From Candidatus Brocadiia bacterium (GTDB lineage Bacteria; Planctomycetota; PUPC01), in assembly GCA_030605345.1 (NCBI GenBank), contig JAUWIN010000002.1, forward strand, positions 1,672 to 65,671: a stretch of 64,000 nt of DNA, read 5' to 3'. A program made the position numbers and the translations under genes. This document shows, in pieces, positions 55,592 through 64,000 of this stretch. Position 1 is the first letter of the stretch. Each line of letters begins with the position of its first letter. The notes beneath the pieces were generated by a model that did no database searches, was not told the origin of the DNA, and saw only the letters and a program-made list of their open reading frames with translations.

Positions 55592-56845
55592 ATGATTATC
55601 TTTCACCAGTTGCTGGCCATGGCCGTGCTTCTCGGCCTGTCGGGCTTTTTCTCCGCGTCTGAGACGGCGCTGTTCTCGCTGTCGCGGCGCGACTTACGCC
55701 AGCTCGAGCGTGCGCCCGGCCTCGCCCACGGGCTGATCCTCAAACTCCGCAGTGACCCGCAGGGCCTGCTGACCACCGTGCTGTTTGGGAATAACCTTGT
55801 CAACGTCCTGTATTACTGCCTGGCCACGGCGGCCGCGGTGAACACTGCCAAGGCAGGTATGGACGCCGCCGCGTACCTGCTCGGCATTGGCTCACTGGTC
55901 TTGCTCGTCATCTGCGGCGAGGGGCTGCCCAAGGCGGTCGCAGTTGCCGCACCGCTGAGGTCGGCCCGGCTCGCCGCCATTCCGCTATCGTTCTTCCAGA
56001 AAGCCATATATCCGGTCAAGAAGGTGCTGGGGGGCATCACCAAAATCTCCGCCACCCTCACGAGCGGGCAGGAACGGACGGCTTATGTGACCCCTGAAGA
56101 ACTTCAACTCCTGGTCCGTGCAACCGGCGAGCGGGGCCTGATTGCCCTCACCGAGCGCGACATGATGCACGAAATAATCGAGTTCGGCGACATCCGCGTG
56201 CGCGAGGTGATGGTGCCACGAGTGGACGTCATCGCCTTCGAGATCAACGGCGACCTGAGTGAGTTCCGCGAACTGGTCAAAAAGACCAGCATCACAAAGG
56301 TGCCGATCTACGAGGGCCAGATAGATAACGTCGTCGGCATTGCATACGCACGGGAGGTGCTGCTGTCGGAGGCGGAAGGTATCCGCGCCTCTCTCCGACC
56401 CATCCCGTTGTTCGTCCCCGAGGCCGCCCTGATTGAGCCCGTGCTGCACCAGTTCCGCCAGCAGCGGTGCCAATTCGCGGTGGTGGTAGATGAATACGGC
56501 GGTTGGGCGGGGATTGTCACACTGGAAGATATTGTCGAGGAGATCGTCGGCGACATCAGCGACGAGTTCGACACCCACGTGGAGCCGGTGAGGCAACTGG
56601 GCCCGGACAAGTACCTGCTGTCAGGAAGCGTCGGGATTCGCGACTGGAGCGAACTTTTCGGAATCAACGTGGACCTGGCAGAGGTGGAGACGCTAGGGGG
56701 TTTTATCGTCCACCGACTCGGGCGCCTGCCCCGCGAGGGCGACACCGTCTACCTTGGTAACCTGGTGTTCACCGTCCGTAAAGTTACCCAACGGCGCATC
56801 GCAGAGGTGCTGGTCGAAAGGTTCAACCGGGAGGATGTGCAGTGA
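55592..56845 (+). CDS. CNNM/HlyC-CorC family transporter (DUF21-CBS pair-CorC_HlyC)
   Basis: DUF21 N-terminal TM domain (SGFFSASETALFSL), tandem CBS, C-terminal transporter-associated domain. Confidence 0.8.
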   Translation: MIIFHQLLAMAVLLGLSGFFSASETALFSLSRRDLRQLERAPGLAHGLILKLRSDPQGLLTTVLFGNNLVNVLYYCLATAAAVNTAKAGMDAAAYLLGIGSLVLLVICGEGLPKAVAVAAPLRSARLAAIPLSFFQKAIYPVKKVLGGITKISATLTSGQERTAYVTPEELQLLVRATGERGLIALTERDMMHEIIEFGDIRVREVMVPRVDVIAFEINGDLSEFRELVKKTSITKVPIYEGQIDNVVGIAYAREVLLSEAEGIRASLRPIPLFVPEAALIEPVLHQFRQQRCQFAVVVDEYGGWAGIVTLEDIVEEIVGDISDEFDTHVEPVRQLGPDKYLLSGSVGIRDWSELFGINVDLAEVETLGGFIVHRLGRLPREGDTVYLGNLVFTVRKVTQRRIAEVLVERFNREDVQ

Positions 56846-57801
56846 TTTGGGTCATCTCCGCCTTTGCGGTATACGTCCTTCTATCCGGGCTTTTCTCCGG
56901 CTCCGAAATCGCCCTCTATTCCGTCAACCGGCTGCGTCTTCGGTCTCGGGTGGAGGCCGGTTGGCGCGGGGCGCACGTTCTGCATGGTCTGTTGGAGAAG
57001 CCCGACACTACCGTTATGGCAATACTCATCGGCAACAACATAACCATTTATGCCGTGTCGGCGCTGGCAACCGAACTCCTCGGCGCACACCAACACGCCG
57101 AGCTGCTGGCCGCGCTCCTGGTCACGCCGATCATCTTCACGTTCGGCGAAATGCTCCCAAAAGACTTCTTTCGCCGCAAGGCCGACGCGGTGATGTATTC
57201 TCTCGCCGGCCCGCTGGACGCACTGAGGTTCCTGTTCCTGCCTGTGGTTGTGGTGCTGCGGGCGCTGGCATCGCTGGTTACGAGGTTCCTCCCCGCCGAG
57301 CAGCGCGGAACCGTTTTTTCGCGGGCGGCACTTCGCGAGTGGCTCGCCGAAGGTCATCGCGAGGGGGCCCTGTCAGGCTACCAGCACACTCTAGCCGCTA
57401 ACGTAATGGGCCTGCTCAAGACCGCGGTTTCGTCCGCCATGGTCCCGCTCAATGCCACCACCACCCTCAGGGCAGAACTGGCCGGCGATGACCTTAATAA
57501 CGCGGTGAAGCAGGCGAGCCACTCCCGCCTGCCGGTTTTCAGCGGGCCGGAAAAAAGAATTGTGGGAATCCTGCACACCCTGGACTATATTTGTCTCGCC
57601 GAACAGAACCCCTCCGCCGGTGAACTCGTGCGCGAGGCCGTGAAGGTGAAACACACCGACGGAATTACGGCAGTGCTGTTCACCCTCCAGCGCGAACGCC
57701 AGCAGATGGCCATCGTCATCAACGACGAAGATGAACCGATCGGAATCGTAACCGTCAAGGACCTGGTCGAAGAAATCGTCGGAGAACTGAAGGACTTTTA
57801 G
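56842..57801 (+). CDS. CNNM family protein (DUF21-CBS pair, short C-terminus)
   Basis: SGLFSGSEIALYSV DUF21 signature; paralog of preceding gene, translationally coupled. Confidence 0.7.
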   Translation: MIWVISAFAVYVLLSGLFSGSEIALYSVNRLRLRSRVEAGWRGAHVLHGLLEKPDTTVMAILIGNNITIYAVSALATELLGAHQHAELLAALLVTPIIFTFGEMLPKDFFRRKADAVMYSLAGPLDALRFLFLPVVVVLRALASLVTRFLPAEQRGTVFSRAALREWLAEGHREGALSGYQHTLAANVMGLLKTAVSSAMVPLNATTTLRAELAGDDLNNAVKQASHSRLPVFSGPEKRIVGILHTLDYICLAEQNPSAGELVREAVKVKHTDGITAVLFTLQRERQQMAIVINDEDEPIGIVTVKDLVEEIVGELKDF

Positions 57802-57816
57802 GACCGGGAGACACTC

Positions 57817-58671
57817 TTGCCAGCCGACCTGCACGTCCACACCACCTGTTCAGACAGCATCCTCACGCCCCGCGAGGTAATCAACGAGTGCCTGTGGCAC
57901 GGTATCGACGCCGTCGCCATCACCGACCACGACCCCCTCGAAGGCATACCCTCGGCGGCCGAGGCGGGCGAACAAGTCGGCGTGCGGGTCATCCCCGGCG
58001 TCGAACTGACGGCCTACGACGGGCCGCTGGAGCTGCACGTCATCGGACTGTTCCTGAATCCGGACCCCCCGGCACTGAACAAGGTCTTGCAGCGCAGCAG
58101 GGACGCCCGCCGTCTGCGGGTGTTTGAAATCGTGCACCGGCTGGAGAAAATTGGCGTCGAACTCTCGACGGAGGAGGTGTTTCGGATTGCCAACGGTGGG
58201 GCGCCCGGACGCCCCCACGTCGCAAAGGCACTCGTGAACCGGGGACACGTCGCCACCGTTTCGGACGCCTTCGACTATTACATCGGCAACGGCGGGCCGG
58301 CATACGTCCCCAAGTACAACCTAACCACAGCACAAGCCGCAGGAGCCATCCACGCCGGCGGCGGAGTATCCGTCATCGCCCACCCGGGGAACGGCCTACC
58401 GGACGAAAGTGTGCGACAGGTGGTCCGCGACGGAATCGACGCCATCGAAGTATACCATCCCGTGCACTCCTACGAGGAGCAGCAAAAATACCTCCAGATG
58501 GCCGAAGAACTCGGGGCGCTCGTCTCCGGCGGGTCCGACAGCCACGGAGCCACATTCGGATCCGCCAGAATAGGAGTCATCAAGCTCGAGCCTCAACTGG
58601 TTGAGAACCTCGAAAAGAGGGCCCTCAGGCGCCGCGAACAAGGCCGATTGACCGCGGGAGAAGTCGAGTGA
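57817..58671 (+). CDS. PHP-domain phosphoesterase (TrpH/YciV-like)
   Basis: DLHVHTTCSDS...AITDHD...GVE motifs. Confidence 0.7.
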   Translation: MPADLHVHTTCSDSILTPREVINECLWHGIDAVAITDHDPLEGIPSAAEAGEQVGVRVIPGVELTAYDGPLELHVIGLFLNPDPPALNKVLQRSRDARRLRVFEIVHRLEKIGVELSTEEVFRIANGGAPGRPHVAKALVNRGHVATVSDAFDYYIGNGGPAYVPKYNLTTAQAAGAIHAGGGVSVIAHPGNGLPDESVRQVVRDGIDAIEVYHPVHSYEEQQKYLQMAEELGALVSGGSDSHGATFGSARIGVIKLEPQLVENLEKRALRRREQGRLTAGEVE

Positions 58672-59609
58672 AACTGTTCGACAAACTGACCTCTACCACC
58701 GAGGGCATCAAACGCGGCCTCGCCAAGACCCACAACAAACTGACCAAGGGCCTGGGCAGCATCTTTGCATTCGCACGTAAACTCGACGACGAAGTCTGCG
58801 AGGAACTGGAAGAAATCATGATAGGGGCCGACATGGGCGTGCGAGCGACCACCGAAATCATACAAGACATCCGCCGCGCCCACAAAGAAGGCAAAATAAA
58901 AGACACAACGAACCTCAAGGAGTATCTGAAGGCTGAACTGAAACGGACGCTGGGCGAAAGCAACACCGCCATCCGCATGGCTGAGCCCGACACCGGCGAA
59001 CCCACCGTTATCCTCGTCGCAGGCGTCAACGGCACCGGCAAGCCCACCTCCATCGCCAAACTCGCCAAGTATTTCCGCGACAACGACAAGAAAGTCGTGC
59101 TCGCCGCGAGTGATACCTTCCGCGCCGCAGCGGTGGAGCAACTGCACATCTGGAGCGACCGCCTCGGCGTTGACATCGTCAAGCACCAGACCGGCGCCGA
59201 CCCCGCAGCGGTAACCTACGATGCCCTTGACGCCGCCATAGCGCGCAAGGCCGACGTCCTCATCCTCGACACCGCAGGGCGGCTCCACACCAGAAAAACC
59301 CTGATGGCCGAACTGGCAAAAATCCGACGAGTCATCAACAAGCGCCTGCCGCAGGCACCACACGAGGTCATCCTGGTCCTCGACGCCACCACCGGCCAGA
59401 ACGCCGTCCAGCAGGCGAAACTATTCAAGGAAGCCATCGGCGTGACGGGCATATTCCTGGCCAAACTCGACGGCACGGCGAAGGGTGGAATTATTGTCGC
59501 CATCAACAGAGAAATCGACATCCCCGTCAAGTTCATCGGCGTTGGCGAACAACCCGAAGACATTGAGCCGTTCGACCCGGACAAGTTCGTGGAGGCGTTG
59601 TTCGATTGA
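58668..59609 (+). CDS. ftsY: Signal recognition particle receptor FtsY
   Basis: NG domain GVNGTGKPTSIAKLA, DTAGR, GVTGIFLAKLDGTAKGG motifs. Confidence 0.85.
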   Translation: MKLFDKLTSTTEGIKRGLAKTHNKLTKGLGSIFAFARKLDDEVCEELEEIMIGADMGVRATTEIIQDIRRAHKEGKIKDTTNLKEYLKAELKRTLGESNTAIRMAEPDTGEPTVILVAGVNGTGKPTSIAKLAKYFRDNDKKVVLAASDTFRAAAVEQLHIWSDRLGVDIVKHQTGADPAAVTYDALDAAIARKADVLILDTAGRLHTRKTLMAELAKIRRVINKRLPQAPHEVILVLDATTGQNAVQQAKLFKEAIGVTGIFLAKLDGTAKGGIIVAINREIDIPVKFIGVGEQPEDIEPFDPDKFVEALFD

Positions 59610-60094
59610 AGCAAGCTTCCAGCGCCGATAAGATGGCCGAGTGGGTGGTGACGTTATGCGGCCGCGGGCGCCTCCCCGTCGCCCCCGGCACGTGGGGGAC
59701 ACTGGGCGCGGCGGCCATCCACGCGCTGGTCGCCGGGCTGCTGGGGACGCGGGCCAACCCGGTGCTCCTGCCGGCCCTTTGCCTGCTGTTCACCCTCGCC
59801 TGCGTGGTTTATTGCCCCTGGGCCGAGCGGTTCTATCGTAAGAAGGACCCGCCGTCGTTCGTCATCGACGAAGCTGCCGGCTACTTGCTCGCCGTATCGT
59901 TCTTCTCGTGGGCGCCCCAGCTCTGGACAGGCATACTCGTCTTCTTCCTGTGCAGGCTCTTCGACATCACCAAGCCGGTCCCGTGCAGGCGGGTGGAAAA
60001 GTTGCCCAGCGGCCTCGGTATTGTTCTTGACGACCTTATTGCCGGGCTATACGCCGCGCTCTTCACCTGGCTGGCGGTATGGCTCTTTTTTTGA
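59606..60094 (+). CDS. pgpA: Phosphatidylglycerophosphatase A
   Basis: GTWGTLGAAAIHAL...FDITKP PgpA family motifs, 162 aa. Confidence 0.75.
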   Translation: MKQASSADKMAEWVVTLCGRGRLPVAPGTWGTLGAAAIHALVAGLLGTRANPVLLPALCLLFTLACVVYCPWAERFYRKKDPPSFVIDEAAGYLLAVSFFSWAPQLWTGILVFFLCRLFDITKPVPCRRVEKLPSGLGIVLDDLIAGLYAALFTWLAVWLFF

Positions 60095-60176
60095 CAGGTG
60101 AGGGCAGTCTCCGGAGCACCGCGGCCGTGCGGGCCGGCTCAAATCCGCCCGTCCCAGCACCACCGAAAGCCCGGAA

Positions 60177-60605
60177 CTATTCTTTCTGTTCGGGGAGTTT
60201 TTTGATCATGGTGACCTGGTTGCCCTTATCGTTGAACCGAATCTCGTCGCAGAGGTTGCGCATGAGAAAAATCCCCCGGCCGGCTTCCTCGAGGATGTTT
60301 TGAGGCAGTGTGGGGTCGGGAACACTGTCGGGGTTGAATCCAGGGCCTTCGTCGCCCACCACAACCGTGATCCTGCCGTCGGCAACCTCGCAACTTACGT
60401 GAACCTGTTTCCCCCGGTCGTAGCCGTTCCCGTGCTCCGCCGCGTTCACCACCGCTTCCTGGACGGCGAGATTGATATCGAAGCTCCCCTCCTCCGGCAG
60501 GCTCAGTTTGTCGAAGAAGCCGGACAGCATGCCGGTAGCCCTCTTGACGCTGTCCGGGGTGCTCTGTAAGTCGAACGTAATCTTCTTATCCGGATTCGAT
60601 TGCAT
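60177..60605 (-). CDS. RsbW-like anti-sigma factor / Ser-protein kinase (HATPase_c_2)
   Basis: QEAVVNAAEHGN...DEGPGF...GRGIFLM GHKL-ATPase motifs; start moved to MQSNPDKK, ORF-track N-terminal 50 aa non-conserved. Confidence 0.55.
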   Translation of the reverse strand: MQSNPDKKITFDLQSTPDSVKRATGMLSGFFDKLSLPEEGSFDINLAVQEAVVNAAEHGNGYDRGKQVHVSCEVADGRITVVVGDEGPGFNPDSVPDPTLPQNILEEAGRGIFLMRNLCDEIRFNDKGNQVTMIKKLPEQKE

Positions 60606-60935
60606 TGGACCTCGCCGCGCAGGCGATGCCTCAGTCCGAACCCACCGCCTCTTCCTGGAAAAAAACAGGCGCCAGCAGACCTCGCTTGACACGCACTGCT
60701 CCGTGCCGACAAAGTTCCCGGCAGCAAAAACGTCTGATGCAAACAGTTTCGTCAATTCCTACCCGGCGGTCAACCATTTTCATCGCCTCCCGCCGGGCAG
60801 AACTCCGCACAGGGCGCACTTTGGCCGGTCGACCCCGGGTTTCCCCGCACCGGTGACGGACAAATTCAGCTAAAGTCTGACCCAAATTGTGACGATATAA
60901 AACCAGTTACCGTTCAATCCGGAGAGGAAGGAACA

Positions 60936-61136
60936 ATGGCCTCGACCGACCGGGAACAAGCCCCGCTTTCGGACGCCGAGCAGCAGGCTCGCGAATGGGA
61001 GCAAAGCTTCCGCAGGGCGGAAAGACTGCTGGAACAAGCGCAAGAAACCATGCGGCGCCGGCACCGCAGCCCTGAGCAACCGGTGTATTCTGCACGCTCC
61101 AGTGGGGAGAGAAACAACGACACGCAATCGGTCTGA
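60936..61136 (+). CDS. Small hypothetical protein (66 aa, helical, acidic/basic)
   Basis: GGAGAGGAAGGAAC RBS 5 nt upstream of ATG; no homolog recognised. Confidence 0.3.
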   Translation: MASTDREQAPLSDAEQQAREWEQSFRRAERLLEQAQETMRRRHRSPEQPVYSARSSGERNNDTQSV

Positions 61137-61286
61137 ATGACGGCTGCCGGCCGACAAACGCCGGACCCGCCCAGCACACACAAACCCAGGCACCTCACGC
61201 CCCGGCTAATTTCTGCCTCTTTTCGGGTATAATCTCATCCCGCAGCGACATCATTACCCGGGTCTCATATCGAAGGAACTGTCTGA

Positions 61287-62198
61287 ATGATCTCTTTGTC
61301 CACCGCGTGGACCCCAGAGAAACTGAGGCGGCGGCCGGCCAAAATATTTGCCGCCGGCAAAAAAATGGGCTTCAACGCCTTCGAGCTCGGAATATCACCG
61401 GCGCGGTTCGACCTGAGAGCGGTGACAAGCGCAATTGAGCGCCGCGGCATCGAAATATCGAGCGTTCACGCCGTGTGCAGCCAGCGCCAAGTCCCCCCGC
61501 CCACCTGCCGGGGCGACTGGGTGGCGGAACCAGATGAAACCCTTCGGCGCCAGGGCGTGGACCTGGTGAAAGAGACGCTGGACATCGCCCGCCGCGTGGG
61601 CGCACCAGCCGTGGTTCTCCACGGCGGCACCCTGCCGATGGCTGATGCCGCCGACCTGCAGGCCCGGCTGTTTTACCTCGAATCGCTGGGCTCCGAGGCG
61701 CCGCAGCGGCCGCCGGACCTGGCCAAGTTCACCAGGCAGCGCGCCGAAATCGCAGAACCCTATCTTGCCGCCCTCGAAGCCAGCCTGAGAGAACTGTGTG
61801 AATACGCGCCGGACATCACCCTGGCGCTGGAGAACCGCTACCACATCAGCGACCTGCCGCACGGAGACGAGTTCCAAAGGATTTTCGACCGGGTGGCCGC
61901 GCCGAACCTCCGCTACTGGCACGACGGCGGCCACGCATGCGTCCTCGACCGCATCGGGTTCCTCGACCACCTCGGGCTGCTCGACAAATATGCCCCCCGC
62001 CTCGCAGGAATGCACCTTCACGATATTCTCGGCTTCGAAGACCACCGCCCGCCGGGAACCGGCGACTTCAACTTCGGGGCAATCGCCGACTACCTCCGAC
62101 CAGACGTCATCCGCGTGATAGAAGTATCATCCGTGCATTCTGCGAAAGCCGTCGAGCGCGGCAGGAAACATCTCGCCGAGGCATACGGCATCAAATGA
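61287..62198 (+). CDS. Sugar phosphate isomerase/epimerase (xylose isomerase-like TIM barrel)
   Basis: ~300 aa with AP-endonuclease-2/TIM-barrel-like pattern (VVLHGG..., HDGGH, HLHD metal-ligand positions). Confidence 0.6.
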   Translation: MISLSTAWTPEKLRRRPAKIFAAGKKMGFNAFELGISPARFDLRAVTSAIERRGIEISSVHAVCSQRQVPPPTCRGDWVAEPDETLRRQGVDLVKETLDIARRVGAPAVVLHGGTLPMADAADLQARLFYLESLGSEAPQRPPDLAKFTRQRAEIAEPYLAALEASLRELCEYAPDITLALENRYHISDLPHGDEFQRIFDRVAAPNLRYWHDGGHACVLDRIGFLDHLGLLDKYAPRLAGMHLHDILGFEDHRPPGTGDFNFGAIADYLRPDVIRVIEVSSVHSAKAVERGRKHLAEAYGIK

Positions 62199-62211
62199 TG
62201 AGCATCGAGTA

Positions 62212-62793
62212 ATGAAGCACACGGTCATACTGGCATCCGCGTCACCACGACGGGCGGAACTCCTGGCGGAAATGGGCTATCACTTTGACGTGCTGCCGCC
62301 CGAGCTCGACGAGCAGCTCGACCACCGGGCCGACCCGGCGGAAGAAGCCATACGCCTCGCCGCCGCCAAGGCGAAGGAAGTCGCCGCAAGAACCCCGCCC
62401 TCTATTATCGTCGCCGCCGACACGGTCGTCGCTCTCAGGGGCAGGATCATCGGCAAGCCACTCGACCACGCCCACGCAAGGGAGATACTGCGGCGGCTCA
62501 GCGGCTCGCGACATCACGTCATTACGGGCCTTTGCGTGTTCGACAGCGGGACGGGCAAAACCGTAACCGAGAGCGTCTCGACCGCTGTCACGATGAAGCC
62601 GATAACCGAAGAACAAATCCGCGAATACGTCCACAGCGGCGAGGCCAACGGAAAGGCCGGCGCCTACGCCATACAAGAGACCGCCGACCAATACGTCCTC
62701 CGCGTCGAGGGCAGCTTCACCAACGTGGTCGGCCTGCCTACCGAGCGGCTGGGGGAGATACTGGAGAGTTTCGGCGCCGAACGTTCACCCTAA
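62212..62793 (+). CDS. maf: Maf-like nucleoside triphosphate pyrophosphatase
   Basis: ILASASPRRAELL N-terminus and KAGAYAIQ motif. Confidence 0.8.
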   Translation: MKHTVILASASPRRAELLAEMGYHFDVLPPELDEQLDHRADPAEEAIRLAAAKAKEVAARTPPSIIVAADTVVALRGRIIGKPLDHAHAREILRRLSGSRHHVITGLCVFDSGTGKTVTESVSTAVTMKPITEEQIREYVHSGEANGKAGAYAIQETADQYVLRVEGSFTNVVGLPTERLGEILESFGAERSP

Positions 62794-63668
62794 CCCGACC
62801 GCCCGTCACAGCCAGCCTGGTGCCCGGCGACGAATCTCGTGTAAGCCTCCGCCAGCAAACCGGTCGTCGGGCCGGGTGAACTTGAAACTTCCTCCCCATC
62901 GATCGAACGCACGGGCATGACTTCCATAAGCGAATTTGTGAGGAATACCTCGTCGGCAGACCGCAGGTCGGCGAGACCAAAACGCACCTCGATTACTTCC
63001 AAGCCGTTCTGCCGCGCCAGCTTGATGACGCTCCGGCGCGTAATGCCGGGCAGAATGTTCATCTCCCGCGGCGGCGTGAACAGCCTGCCGTCCCGGACAC
63101 AGAAGACATTGCTGGTGGCGCCTTCGGCGACGTCGCCAGCGTGGTCGAGCCGCACCGCCTCGTCCGCGTCGCGTTTCTTCGCCTCCCGCGTTGCCAGGAT
63201 GCTAGTGAGGTAACTCGTGGTCTTGTGGCGCCGGATGGGCGAAGAACTGTCGTGCCTCAAGGACGACACGATGACCTCGGCTCCACGCTCGTACATCTCC
63301 CGAGGATACGGATGCAGTGGGCGTGCCTCGACGACCAGCCCCGGCTCGGGCGGTTCGTCAGGAGCCAGCACACCGGCGTGGATACCGCGCGACAGCGTAA
63401 TCCGCACGTAAGCTTCGGTGAGTTTGTTACGCTTGATAAGTTCCGCAACGACGCCGGCGATTTCATCCGGCTCGGGCATCCGGATTCCGAGTTCGCTCGC
63501 CGAGTCCGCCATACGCTCGAGGTGCTCCGTCAGCATAAACGGCGTGCCGCCATAGGCGCGAACAGTCTCGAACAGCCCGTCGCCATAGAGGAAACTTCGG
63601 TCGAACGCGCTGACCGTCGCTGCCATACGCCTCACAATCTGGCCGTTCGCATAGACGAAGCCCGCCAT
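62790..63668 (-). CDS. Class IV aminotransferase (branched-chain/D-amino-acid aminotransferase or aminodeoxychorismate lyase)
   Basis: DRSFLYGDGLFET N-terminal motif, E...VF..N motifs, 292 aa. Confidence 0.7.
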   Translation of the reverse strand: MAGFVYANGQIVRRMAATVSAFDRSFLYGDGLFETVRAYGGTPFMLTEHLERMADSASELGIRMPEPDEIAGVVAELIKRNKLTEAYVRITLSRGIHAGVLAPDEPPEPGLVVEARPLHPYPREMYERGAEVIVSSLRHDSSSPIRRHKTTSYLTSILATREAKKRDADEAVRLDHAGDVAEGATSNVFCVRDGRLFTPPREMNILPGITRRSVIKLARQNGLEVIEVRFGLADLRSADEVFLTNSLMEVMPVRSIDGEEVSSSPGPTTGLLAEAYTRFVAGHQAGCDGRSG

Positions 63669-63798
63669 TATTCATCTCCTCAGCGTCCACCCTTCACGCC
63701 ACTATTATGCTATCATAACGTCCTCCCCGGCGCTTGCAATCACCGCGCTTGACGATACCATTACGCGCAAAGGCCGACCGAATACACAGGAGGAAAAA

Positions 63799-64000
63799 GT
63801 GAGCGACACGGTAAAAACACTGCTATCGACGAGCACGCACCGACCGCCGAAGACGGCGGTACTCGACGCGGCCTGCACCGAACTGAACGAGAAAACCAAT
63901 TGCGAGGTGTATGCCTCGTCTATCGTTCCCTCGGATGGGCGACTCTACTTCATGACCCGCAGGCCGCATAAGCAGCTCGGTGTTGCCTGGCTGGAACTGG
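63799..64000 (+). CDS. Hypothetical protein, 3' end outside window
   Basis: GTG start 7 nt after AGGAGGAAAAA RBS; open to window end; no family recognised from 67 aa. Confidence 0.3.
   Translation, partial: MSDTVKTLLSTSTHRPPKTAVLDAACTELNEKTNCEVYASSIVPSDGRLYFMTRRPHKQLGVAWLEL

Noticed and set aside
60936-61136. 66-aa ORF as an anti-sigma antagonist partner of the RsbW-like gene
   Set aside because: No STAS-domain features and too short; retained only as a low-confidence hypothetical CDS because of its strong RBS.
1-64000. CRISPR arrays, cas genes, integrase/transposase genes
   Set aside because: No regular short repeat-spacer pattern and no Cas, tyrosine/serine recombinase or DDE transposase motifs recognised in any frame; only a possible ParB-HTH remnant.

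Overview
High-GC bacterial chromosomal segment, apparently from an anaerobe, mostly housekeeping and core metabolism with one clearly accessory island. Left to right: (1) a URO-D-family (MtaA-like) methyltransferase (5' partial) plus an MttB-superfamily corrinoid methyltransferase, a PHP phosphoesterase, a SAM methyltransferase and hybrid-cluster protein Hcp. (2) A thiol/metalloid-handling cluster: ArsR, COG0701 permease, three thioredoxin-like proteins, a DGC protein and CcdA. (3) An orphan B12-binding radical SAM enzyme. (4) A ~4 kb island between that gene and a tRNA gene (anticodon tentatively GGA/Ser), carrying a two-gene TIR-domain + SIR2-like module (Thoeris-like anti-phage architecture but lacking the SLOG sensor), a GIY-YIG nuclease, a possible ParB-HTH remnant and a ~750 bp ORF-poor stretch; this is the best candidate for an undescribed system. 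(5) Signal peptidase I and TPR/zinc-ribbon proteins. (6) A ~13.6 kb Wood-Ljungdahl carbonyl-branch operon (cooC-cooS-cooF-FNOR-acsB-acsC-acsV-cooC2-acsD-acsE-Cys-rich ORF); cooS carries an apparent frameshift. (7) ribE and a type IV pilus cluster (pilM/N fusion, pilO, pilP-like, pilQ on one side; Wzy_C-like putative pilin glycosylase, pilin, pilC, pilB on the other) followed by a CheY-like receiver and a GAF-histidine kinase-GGDEF hybrid. (8) purF (with an in-frame TAA), a four-helix-bundle ORF, guaA, pyrG, a CAP-domain secreted protein, two CNNM/CorC transporters, a PHP protein, ftsY, pgpA, an RsbW-like kinase, a TIM-barrel isomerase, maf and a class IV aminotransferase. Two diverged copies of a ~250 nt non-coding element lie immediately upstream of consensus sigma70-type promoters (purF and the CAP gene). 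No CRISPR array, integrase or transposase was recognised. All protein calls rest on remembered family motifs read from the translations, not on searches.
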